From: Nemertoderma westbladi
Lineage: Eukaryota > Animalia > Xenacoelomorpha
Assembly: GCA_032718475.1 (NCBI GenBank)
Contig: JAUCBJ010006587.1
Location: 62,001 to 126,000 of the forward strand
Direction of reading: 5' to 3'
Length of the DNA stretch: 64,000 bases
A program made the translations under genes and the position numbers. A model generated the notes under the pieces. It saw nothing but the letters and a program-made list of their open reading frames with translations, did not search any database and had not been told where the DNA came from. The first letter of the stretch is position 1. Every line of letters begins with the position of its first letter. Below are positions 13,054 to 23,653 of the stretch, in pieces.

Positions 13054-13444
13054 CTCGGTCCGACTAAACACCCAAATCACACAAAATTGACCAAATCACA
13101 ACAAATCAAAATCAGACCAAATCACACAACAAATTCTAATCTTTATTTTTTTCAAATCGTTTATTGTTTTGGTTCCTTCTGGCTACCACTGCAGCACTGT
13201 AAATTTTTTTTTGTGATTTTGTGTGATTAAGCCTACTGTGATTTGTTGTGATTTGGTTTTGGGATTATTTTTTGTGATTTGGTTTGTGATTTGGTGCTTG
13301 GTGGTGTGATTTGGTTTGTGATTTGTTGTGATTTGGTATGATTTGTTGTGATTTGTTGTGATTTGTTGTGATTTCAGGATTTGGTGTGATTTGTTGTGAT
13401 TTGGCAGTTTTATTATTTTTATTTAATTTGATTTAGACGGACCC
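13054..13444. mobile_element. MITE-like element with inverted arrays of CAAATCACA / TGTGATTTG
   Basis: Ends CGGTCCGACTAAA ... TTTAGACGGACCC are imperfect inverted repeats, flanked by the direct repeat AAATATAAAAATAA (13040-13053, 13445-13458). Confidence 0.65.
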
Positions 13445-15429
13445 AAATATAAAAATAATTTTTGAACAACCTTAACCCAAATGGCAAATTGTCAAAAAAT
13501 CGACCTATATTTTGACATCGAAAAAAAAGTGAATTTTTGAAAAATGAATTTTTGGTTCTAGTGATCACAAATGCGAAGCAATGACAAAATTTATTTTACT
13601 ATTTGACAGACAATTTATTCAGACATCATCTAATATTTCAATTTTTATCATAAAATCAAGCTATCACAGTATCACCCACAATCCAGCAATCTGTTAAAGA
13701 AAAAAGTATAACTTGCTGTATCACAGTATCAAGTCACCTCAATGTAAGAAAAAATTGTAGGCCTACAGTATAGGCTGATAGGAGTATAGCCTATACAGCT
13801 ATATAATATATATACCGTACTACAGTACTACTGTACTATAAAAAATATATTCGAGCCTAGTACCAGTACGTACTAAATGACAGAATGAAATCATTGTGCC
13901 TAAGCTGCTTAGGCTTATGACAGTCAGACAGTATGAATGGAATGGAACAAAAAAATGGAATGAGTAAAAAAAAACATTAGAATTATGGATACATGACCGA
14001 ACGTAGTCAGGATCGAATGTAACATAGTTATTAGGCCTATGTATCGAACGTAACCGCAATTACTGAATTATGTTACATTGACAGATTGAATCCTATAACT
14101 ATCAGACTTTATGTTACATTGACAGATTGAATCCTACAACTATCAGACTATCTGACTATGTTACATTTGATCTACAAATTACTAAGCTCGAATGTAACAT
14201 TGCCATTTAAAGGAACAGGTTACAGAGGCGTGTTGAGGGAACCAAAACAATAAACGAAAGTTAACACATGTTACAAGATTATGCAAGTTACCGGTACTTT
14301 TATTTAAACTGTTAAAGGAGCAGGTTACAGAGGCGTGTTGGGGAACCCAAACAATAAACGAAACTAAATAATAAATGGGGGGGGGGGGGGGGGGGGGGGG
14401 GGGGAGGCGGTTCTAAATTCTAAGGTATCTAGCAGCAGAGCAGTCTACAGTCTAGATTATATTCCAAAGTCGAAAAATAAAGCTGACGGTGGACGGGGGG
14501 GTGGGTTGGATAGGCCTAGATAAATACTGAAATATTGTCATGTACTGAATAGGCCTACTGAAATAGTCAACAGACGATTTTTAGCAGCTTGTCTTCTTGT
14601 TGTATCGAAATAGTTCAGACTGTCAGAAATTAAAAAATCCGGCTCTCTCAGGCAGTCAGCAGGTCAGCCCAGCAGTAAGAAACAGATAAAAGTTGTCGAA
14701 CTCGAAATATCATCATACTAAATCTTCGGCGTACGGCAGTACGGCGTACCTGTAAAAGAAACTGGCTGACTGGTACCGGTTGCCGGTACCGGCTGACCGG
14801 TACTACTGTACTACGTTAAAGTTTGGCGCGGAAGATACTATATTTAGAAATTGTGGACACAAAATAAAATACTGTACAGAAATACTGTAGGTACCTACGG
14901 CTGTACGGCAGTACGGTACCGGTTGTTCCTATACCTGTATACCAGTACTGCAGTATACAGGTATACCTGTATAAGTGTATACCTATGCTATAAGCAGTTA
15001 CTGAGTTATGATACCGGCACACGGTACCGGTGGTATTCAGATTCAGTGCCTGGTACATCAGTTGATCGGTTTGACTGCCTAGACTAGCGCTTAGATGTTG
15101 AATCTACAACTCAGAAATCAGCCACTCAGGTAATAGGAATAATAACCTCATTAAATATTAGCCAATTAGGAGACAACTGCTACACAGGCGTATTGAAAGA
15201 ATTTTAAAATAAGCAGACTAATAGCTTGCTGCACGTTATTTCAACAAAACGGGCAGTGCTAAAATGCACAAAGAGCCACACGGATCCAAAAATGACCATT
15301 ACACTATGAAGCAATGAGGCACCAACCCACTCCGACACAGGAGATGTTGCACAGAGTTAAATTAATACCATCAAAGTTAATTCTGAGCACCTACAAATGT
15401 TAATGAAGGTAATAAAATGGTGTCGAAGC

Positions 15430-17174
15430 ATGTCAGATACTGTACAAACGGATCCAAAGCATGTCAGTATACTTTGCACACGGACCCAAAGGATGTCAGA
15501 TACTTTGCACACGGATCCAAATGATGTCATATACTTTGTACACGGACCCAATGGATGTCAGATACTTTGCACACGGACCCAAAGGATGTCAGATACTTAT
15601 GAACACGGACCCAAAGGATCTCAGATACTTTGAACACGGACCCAAATGATGTCAGATACTTTGAACACGGACCCAAAGGATGTCAGATACTTTGCACACG
15701 GACCCAAAGGATGTCAGATACTTTGCACACGGACCCAAAGGATGTCAGATACTTTGCACACGGACCCAAAGGATGTCAGATACCTTGAACACGGACACAA
15801 AGGATCTCAGATACTTTGAACACGGACCCAAAGGATGTCAGATACTTTGCACACAGACCCAAAGGATGTCAGATACCTTGAACACGGACCCAAAGGATCT
15901 CAGATGCTTTGAACACGGACCCAAAGGATGTCAGATTCTTGCACACGGACCCAAAGGATGGTCAGATACTTTGACACGGACCCAAGGGATGTCAGATACT
16001 TTGCACACGGACCAAAGGATGTCAGATTCTTGCACACGGACCCAAAGGATGGTAGATACTTTTGACACGGACCCAAGGGATGTCAGATACTTTGCACACG
16101 GACCCAAAGGATGCGAGATTCTTTGAACACGGACCCAAAGGATCTCAGATACTTTGAACACGGACCCAAAGGATGCCAGATACTTTGCACACGGACCCAA
16201 ATGTTGACAGATACTTTGCACACGGACCCAAAGGATGTCCGATAATTTGAACACGGACCCAAAGGATGGTAGATACTTTGACACGGACCCAAAGGATGTC
16301 AGATACTTTGCACACGGACCCAAAGGATGCCAGATACTTTGCACACGGACCCAAATGATGTCAGATACTTTGCACACGGACCCAAAGGATGTCCGATAAT
16401 TTGAACACGGACCCAAAGGATGGTAGATACTTTGACACGGACCCAAAGGATGTCAGATACTTTGCACACGGACCCAAAGGATGGTAGATACTTTTGACAC
16501 GGACCCAAGGGATGTCAGATACTTTGCACACGGACCCAAAGGATGCGAGATTCTTGAACACGGACCCAAAGGATCTCAGATACTTTGAACACGGACCCAA
16601 AGGATGTCAGATACTTTGCACACGGACCCAAATGTTGACAGATACGTTGCACACGGACCCAAAGGATGTCCGATAATTTGAACACGGACCCAAAGGATGG
16701 TAGATACTTTTGACACGGACCCAAAGGATGTCAGATACCTTGAACACGGACCCAAAGGATCTCAGATGCGTTGCACACGGACCCAAAGGATGTCAGATTC
16801 TTGCACACGGACCCAAAGGATGGTAGATACTTTTGACACGGACCCAAGGGATGTCAGATACTTTGCACAAGGACCCAAAGGATGCGAGATTCCTTGAACA
16901 CGGACCCAAAGGATCTCAGATACTTTGAACACGGACCCAAAGGATGCCAGATACTTTGCACACGGACCCAAATGTTGACAGATACGTTGCACACGGACCC
17001 AAAGGATGTCAGATAATTTGAACACGGACCCAGAGGATGGTAGATACTTTTTACACGGACCCAAATGTTGGCAGATACGTTGAACTCGGAACCAAAGGAT
17101 GTCAGATACCTTGAACACGGACCCAAAGGATGTCAGATACATTGAACACGGACCCAAAGGATGTCAGATACCTT
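15430..17174. repeat. 31-bp minisatellite (GATGTCAGATACTTTGCACACGGACCCAAAG), ~55 units
   Basis: Directly visible tandem array. The many short ORFs over it are artefacts. Confidence 0.97.
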
Positions 17175-17362
17175 GATACCTTAAAATTACAAAAAGAAAG
17201 AAGGTCAATTTCTTTAATGTTGCGCGAAAATAATAATTTATTAGTTGACTATCGATTATTAATTAATTATCTAACATGGAGGTAATAATTGAAGGTAAGA
17301 TAAATAAATGAACGGTTATATATAGTCGGTTAAAACTCAATTTATCGATAGGTGTAGCTGAT

Positions 17363-19375
17363 TCAGTTATATTTAATATAAAGTAAACTGTTACTACGAG
17401 TTTCGTACAGAAAGAATCCACTATTATTATACATAGTAGCGATCCCACCGAACCCGTTTACTGGCACGGCACCCAATAGGGATACTTTAGTTCCGCTTCT
17501 ATCGCCTTCATAAACCCCCAGATAATGATTCCCTTCTTCTTCTAGAGGAACTAAGAAATACCATGATTGATTCAGCAGTAGTTCCACCGCCCCAATAGGG
17601 ATGGATTTACCCCAATCAAGAACGGATATCCTTCTATTCAATACGAGAGTAACGTTGGGTCCGGTGGCGGTAGCATTATAGCCACATATGGATAATTTAT
17701 GTTCGTTAGGTTGGAATAATCCGACGATTAAATAGCCCAGTAAACCGCTGGCAAGAAGTTTCCCGGGTTCTTCGATACGGGATATCCATTCCTTAGAACA
17801 ATCGCGTCGGTCCAGTTTAATCACGCAGTTGTTTGACGTTAGCAGATAATCACAATGGATACCGACCATAGGACCTATTGGTTGACCGCGGTATCTCTCT
17901 TTACCAAAACACAAATGTTTGACATCACCTCCGTCTGTGTTTATTACAAATACACATTCTTCCGTTGCGGCGATCCAGGTTTCCTTGGAGTAATTATCTA
18001 GAAACTTAATCTGTTTCTTTTCGGCGTTGCAGTCGGCTTCTAGAATAATAGGTTCACCACGTAGAGATAAAGAATCGTCGTAGTTGAATTCGTAAATATA
18101 AATCCTGTTAGTTAGGGAATCGGTTATCCCCAGGTTCCCATGACAACCACCAATGGAACCGACTTTACCGATTCCCATTCTCCGACAGTCGATCCGACAT
18201 GTTTCCTTTAGCGGCGGATCTCTTAATAAAATATCTTCGTATTGGTGGAGGTAAAAACGTTTCTCAACCTCCAGTTCTTCTACTGGAACCGCCATCTTCT
18301 CTCCTCCATCGCCGCTATCTATAATATCAACGCGGCCGGTAATCCCTTCCAGGTCCTTCTGTAACTCAACCGGAACGAAACGAATTTCCGGTACCTCTAC
18401 AACTTCTATCTCAGAAATCCGCTGCTCGATTTCTTTGTATTTCTTTAGAATCTTCTTGGCTTCTGCTATTTCTTTGATCAACTCGGAATTCTTTATCTTC
18501 TTATAATATTCGTTTTCTTCAGGAATTTCGATATTAGCGAGAATTTCCTGCGCTGCTGATATTTTTCCCGCCATTTTGGTATTTAAATCCCGGACCTGCT
18601 TCATCATTGTATCTTCGGCTGCTTTTAATTCGTTGTATAAATATTCGAAGTGTTTGCGGATGTCGTCGGTGGAAACTTTAGTGACGTCATCCAAATCCCC
18701 CAGAATTCCTTCCAACACTGTTAGTTTAGTCTCCAATCGAGTTCTCAACTTTCCGGGATCTTCTATTAAGTTTCGTCTGATTGAATTACAGACTTCGTTC
18801 GTATACCAGACCTCGTGATCTTTAGAAACATCGTCTACGGAATGGCATTGGCGACAAACAGTACATTCGCATTTCTCGCAATAATGGCGTTTGTTTAGAC
18901 CGTGGGTTAGGCACAGATCGGGATCCGGTTCTTTAGATCCACCAACAGCTCCTTGTTTATCGAGATCTACGTCATTAGACCAGCATCCCGTCGGTTCTCC
19001 AGCTGCTCCCGAATTAGGTGGATTGGCGACACAGACGTGGTAAGGTTCGCACTTTCTGCACAATTCGATGTCGCAACGTTCGCAGGGATTCGTTCCTTTG
19101 TTTTTTCTGCACTCGTCGCATGTTTTTTCTTTTCGAATCATATCAATCATGGTGACGACATGACTTACTGTCGGCAAAGAATCCAGTTTCTCTACCTCGG
19201 TGGGGTTCCGACAACGAGGACATTCCAACGAAAATCCATCACCGCGTTGTTTAGAAAATTTTACGATACATTTGTAACAGAAACAGTGGGAGCAGTTGAT
19301 CAAAAGTCGAGGCTGATGTAAAAGTCGTAGACATACGGAACATTCGAACTCTCGTTCCAGTTGCTCCCGGTCCAT
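17363..19375 (-). CDS. TRIM-like protein (RING, two B-boxes, coiled coil, divergent probable beta-propeller C-terminus), ~670 aa, single coding exon
   Basis: RING CSVC...CSHCFCYKC...CPRC, B-box CDEC...CERC...LCRKC..H, B-box CLTH...YCEKC...VCRQC...H, then a helical region. The first in-frame ATG (MDREQLERE) is at 19375 and is preceded by a TTGCAG acceptor-like site. Confidence 0.88.
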   Translation of the reverse strand: MDREQLEREFECSVCLRLLHQPRLLINCSHCFCYKCIVKFSKQRGDGFSLECPRCRNPTEVEKLDSLPTVSHVVTMIDMIRKEKTCDECRKNKGTNPCERCDIELCRKCEPYHVCVANPPNSGAAGEPTGCWSNDVDLDKQGAVGGSKEPDPDLCLTHGLNKRHYCEKCECTVCRQCHSVDDVSKDHEVWYTNEVCNSIRRNLIEDPGKLRTRLETKLTVLEGILGDLDDVTKVSTDDIRKHFEYLYNELKAAEDTMMKQVRDLNTKMAGKISAAQEILANIEIPEENEYYKKIKNSELIKEIAEAKKILKKYKEIEQRISEIEVVEVPEIRFVPVELQKDLEGITGRVDIIDSGDGGEKMAVPVEELEVEKRFYLHQYEDILLRDPPLKETCRIDCRRMGIGKVGSIGGCHGNLGITDSLTNRIYIYEFNYDDSLSLRGEPIILEADCNAEKKQIKFLDNYSKETWIAATEECVFVINTDGGDVKHLCFGKERYRGQPIGPMVGIHCDYLLTSNNCVIKLDRRDCSKEWISRIEEPGKLLASGLLGYLIVGLFQPNEHKLSICGYNATATGPNVTLVLNRRISVLDWGKSIPIGAVELLLNQSWYFLVPLEEEGNHYLGVYEGDRSGTKVSLLGAVPVNGFGGIATMYNNSGFFLYETRSNSLLYIKYN

Positions 19376-19965
19376 TGCTGCAATGTGAATGAATGTAGTC
19401 TGGTTGTTCGGTACCGGTAACGGCAGAACGGTACTGCGGTAGTGCAGTAGTTGTGGTGTGCTGTGTGGTGTAGTACAGTCTGTACTGCAGTATATTTCTT
19501 CAGTACCGGTATGCAGGTATGGCAGGTAGCCTAATACCTGTAGGTCTAACACTGTAGGTCTAACAACTGTGGATAGTTTTGAGATGAGTCCTACTGACAG
19601 ACTGAGTTGAGACAAACATTGGCAGACACTCGATCAATACCGATTATTAGAGATGGGGGGACAACAACTGTACACAAATCCAATCTCGGCGAATTAATAT
19701 TTAAATTAATTAAGTTAAATTCACTATTTAGGAAGAGGAGCAGGTTATTAGTGGCACTATATTCTAACCATAACAATAAATGAAACTCATTAGAACAGGT
19801 TAGAGGTTTTATTTTTGAGAGCAATTATCTGTTATTTGCGTCGAGTTTCCCCTGGAGAGAGATGTATATTTATTGATGATCTGATTAAGTGCGAAAATAT
19901 CCCCCCTTGTTAAAAATTACAGAAATTTGTTTTTTTATTGCACCTAGAGGGGTAGCCTCCCTGCC

Positions 19966-20052
19966 CCCTGCCGGCGCCCCCCGCCGGCGCCCCCCGCCGG
20001 CGCCCCCCGCCGGCGCCTCCCGCCGGCGCCCCCCGCCGGCGCCCCCCGCCCC
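19966..20052. repeat. GC-only short tandem repeat (CCGCCGGCGCCCC, 13-14-bp unit)
   Basis: About 6 visible units. Confidence 0.9.
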
Positions 20053-22489
20053 AAAATTCCTAAAATGTGGTATCGAAAAATAAAAATGGAAAATAACGGA
20101 GGAGTAGTCTTTTTAGTGAAATTTTTTAAATCATACAAAGGCCGCTAGGGGGCGCCAAAAAATATTATTTTTTCAAATTTTTATGTACTTTGATGATCCT
20201 CTTTTCTATGGTATCGTTTTCTATGCATTTTTCAACCACATTGGAGACATGCACAAAATAAGATAAAACCGTAGGGGAGATAAAACCCGTTAACCGTTTT
20301 TTGCAATTTTTTATTTATATGAAAGGTAATTTCATAAGCTTCAATAAATTTCGACTAGATTTCTTGATTCCATAATATTTCCCCATTTTTTAATGAAAAA
20401 TTTGAAGAAACATGGGTTTTTCATTTTTTTTTTAATTTTAAATTATTTTTTACAAAATTGCCAATTATCAGAAATAGAAAATGAAAATACAAAATGTATC
20501 GCAAAATATATTAAGAATACGTACATTATTTAAGAATGCTATGCCGGCTTGTCAACAAAGTTGCACCGTCACAATTCCCTCTCCCGCATGACATTCGCGA
20601 GATTATCCGCATCTTCAAGGCCAGTGTCCTTTAGGAGGCGTCTTCCGAAAGTAATGGGCCGTCCACCATGCTTATTTTCTCTATGAGGCTGCTAAACCTC
20701 AAGATTGTGCGCAGGCTGGTCCTCACGGCGAAAGCAATGATATGTTAACCAAGCTTTCATGTACTGCATATACAGCCTATATACAGTTATACTGTAAGTC
20801 TGGAGTTCTGAGAGCCATTTATTGCAAAAAAAATCGTTTGTTTGGGATTTATTCTTTGTTAGTTTTACATTAAATTTGACATCCTGGGGAATTTATCCCC
20901 GCCTTGTAATAAGACTGAGACCGGGCTCTGTCTAGGCTCCCACTTGTCGGATGTCCTTATCCCAGTATGGTTTGATCGTTACCTTGTCTGTCTGGTGTTG
21001 GTTGTTGTTCGTACTGATGTAAGACTTCAAAGACTGTTTTGCTGCCAATGCTAACTGTATACAGAAATCTTATAATTTTATCAGATTATCATTCAATTTC
21101 AGTGCATATAATATTTGTACTTCACGTGTATTGAATAGCCCATAAAGTTGTTTATATGTTGCCTAACAACAGTTGTGGTATTACTGAACTCTTATTGGTA
21201 ACTACCGAAGCCGGTGTTTCTTACGTCTTATTGGCTCTTCTATTTCACTGAGCCTTGCTTGTACCTTATATAATCAGTGCCCACCTTGACACTATAGGCT
21301 TAACCTGATATCATATTCAGGTACTTTACATCGTTTTTATAGCCTAGCGAGCCACGTTAGTTACAACGGCTTGCAATATAATTGCTTATCACTTATTACT
21401 TGCAACTTATCGCTTGTCATTGCAATTTAACATCTTATTGCTTATTATTTGCATTTACTATTATTGCATTACTTGCTAATGAATATATTGGACCAGAGAT
21501 CAAACCAACTCGATTTCCACATGGTGAGTGCATATTGCGCCCTGTCTGTAATAGTATTCGGTTCATTTAATGCGAGTGTGTGTGCCTATAGTACTGCAAT
21601 ATTATTCCCAACTAGTAAATATCATTTACTAACAATGCAAGTGATACGAGTAAACTGTGCGCTTATCACGCACTAGGCCAACGTAGTGTCCTACCTGTGA
21701 TATATGTAAGTCATACGTACATTTACTAGCCAACAACACAATATAACGGAACGGTTTACACGTAACTATCGCACCCCTTTGAAGCAGTTTGAAGCAGGCG
21801 GAGGCTTTATACTTACAGTAACTAATTCTAGATCTCGTTAAGATATATATATTAGATAATATATATATATACCTCCACGCTTTCGTGAGTGTTCCTGCTG
21901 TGTGGCAGGTATCCCAAGGCATAGATAGCACTCATAAGAACTACATAAATACTTGCTAGGCATCTTCAGGTTAGCCTGCCATAAACGCCTTGACAGACTG
22001 CGTATCTTCGTAGTTCGCTACTTACTTCCAAACATCTGAGATTATTTATCCTGCGGTGACCAGAATTTATCCTTCAGTATAATTAATTGGCTCAAAATAA
22101 AAACATTAAGTAATTCTCGTTGCGTTTTCGAACCATTGAGTTGCGCCAAAGTTTCTTTGCGTTGCGTATTTTCCTTGATGCCCATTTTGATGCTAAATTA
22201 ATTAATAATTACCAACGTTATTACTGGTCTAGAATAATTAATGCGAATTCAACAGAATGAACCTCTATCTCGTTGATTGGATAAATAATTTTACCTCCAG
22301 TTTTGGAATATTGTTCGGAATTACTTTATTATTCTGCAATGCGGATATTAAAGTCTTTATTTTATGAATTATATAAATAATTATGATGCAATCATCCTAT
22401 TATCTCTATTCTGTATTCTCCTATGACTCGCATATGTTTTAGGTAATTATAACTTATACCGGTCCTATATACTTTCAGTTTCTACACTC

Positions 22490-23641
22490 TGTAAAGGCTT
22501 TTGCGTAATTAGCCGGTTATTTTCCCCGTAAAGTACTCTGTAGTTGGTTTAACCGGCATAAAAGGCCGTGTCCTTACTGTATTGTTGTTTTAGAGGACAT
22601 AAAAGCCATTTCTTCTGTATGTGTACTTTAGCGGACATGATTAGCAATTCTATGACGCAATAAGCCGGATCCTCTTGAAACAGTGTAGATACCATGACGA
22701 CGGCTAACAGCTGATATTGCCACGTAGAACATCTCTTTGTTCTTTGTTCTCTCTTTGATCGGTCGACCAATCAGAGCGTTTTTTGCCTCTGTGTTGGAGA
22801 TGGTATATAGAAACTAGGGAAGTGAGTCAGTATGTGAATTCTTCCACAGCCTACAACACCGGCGTGGAACCTACGTGTTTCAGTCTTTAGTTCAACATTA
22901 GTAGGCTTAATTATAGAACGTATATCCGTTATCTAATCTTATTAACTATCCATAACTTAATCATTCATACCTTAACATTACTGCTTTTGCTGTCGGCTAT
23001 TCATTATATTTGTTGATGGAACATTATATTTGGAATACTGATAAACAATCAGACACCCCAATCTTCTTGATATACTAAAGGTTAGAGAGACCGGATACAT
23101 ATAACGATTGCGACTTACATTAAGTGGTTTGAAGTGAATCTAATGCTATTTTATAGGCCCTACACGTATTGTCTGTTGTTCTCCTTATATGTGACTAAAA
23201 TTAGTGAAGGTCGGCAGATTAGTGTGCAGCATTGTGCAGTATTGTGTATGATTGTGATTGATAACGAAGCATCTCCTAAAGAATGCGCCATATACGTGAA
23301 TCTATAGCCATCCCGTTGTGTCTGGTTTAAGTCATAACTCTGTTTATATATTTAGAGCGCCACGTCCTAAAGGAACTGTTAATATTTCCCGAAAGTGAAT
23401 AATATTTGTCAGAGATTATATATATTAAGATCAGTCGAATAATACAGTAGGCCTATCCCGCAATACGATTAGGCTTCCGAATCTAGTCTCCTGGGTATAT
23501 CCAGCGGGTGAATGATCGCGCATAGACTGGTTTCGGCTAATGTAGTGTATCAAATATTTGTCGTAGGCTAAAGACTATCTATTATCTAGAAGACATCCTA
23601 ATTTGGCAGGTTAAACTGCTAAAGGTCTGAAAGCGCGAACA
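22490..23641 (+). repeat. 5' LTR of element A (1152 bp)
   Basis: TGTAAAGG...GCGCGAACA, matching 35114-35985 plus 47938-48217. Confidence 0.95.
22765..22832 (+). promoter_or_regulatory. Candidate LTR promoter: CCAAT box, TATA-like TATATAGA and Inr-like TCAGT
   Basis: GACCAATCAGAGCG is conserved in all three LTR types, TATATAGAAA is at ~22804 and TCAGT ~24 nt later. The TATA-like site is degenerate in B and C. Function is inferred. Confidence 0.45.
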
Positions 23642-23653
23642 ATAACGGATATA
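23642..23653 (+). promoter_or_regulatory. Non-tRNA primer-binding site of A (ATAACGGATATA), complementary to LTR 22921-22932
   Basis: Abuts the LTR end, has no TGG, and is the exact reverse complement of TATATCCGTTAT. Confidence 0.75.

Noticed and set aside
14377-14404. Poly-G/poly-C tracts (also ~3404, 5138, 7454) as G-quadruplex elements
   Set aside because: Simple homopolymers with uncertain length and no supporting context.
15430-17174. CRISPR-like array or repeat-protein ORFs
   Set aside because: The variable parts are point variants of one unit rather than unique spacers, there are no cas genes, the context is eukaryotic, and the ORFs arise from the 31-bp periodicity.
19376-19615. N-terminal extension of the TRIM ORF
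   Set aside because: The track start is a TTG, the sequence is low-complexity, and an acceptor-like site precedes the ATG at 19375.
20905-22035. Possible solo LTR (TGT...ACA)
   Set aside because: No matching TSD and no second copy in the window.
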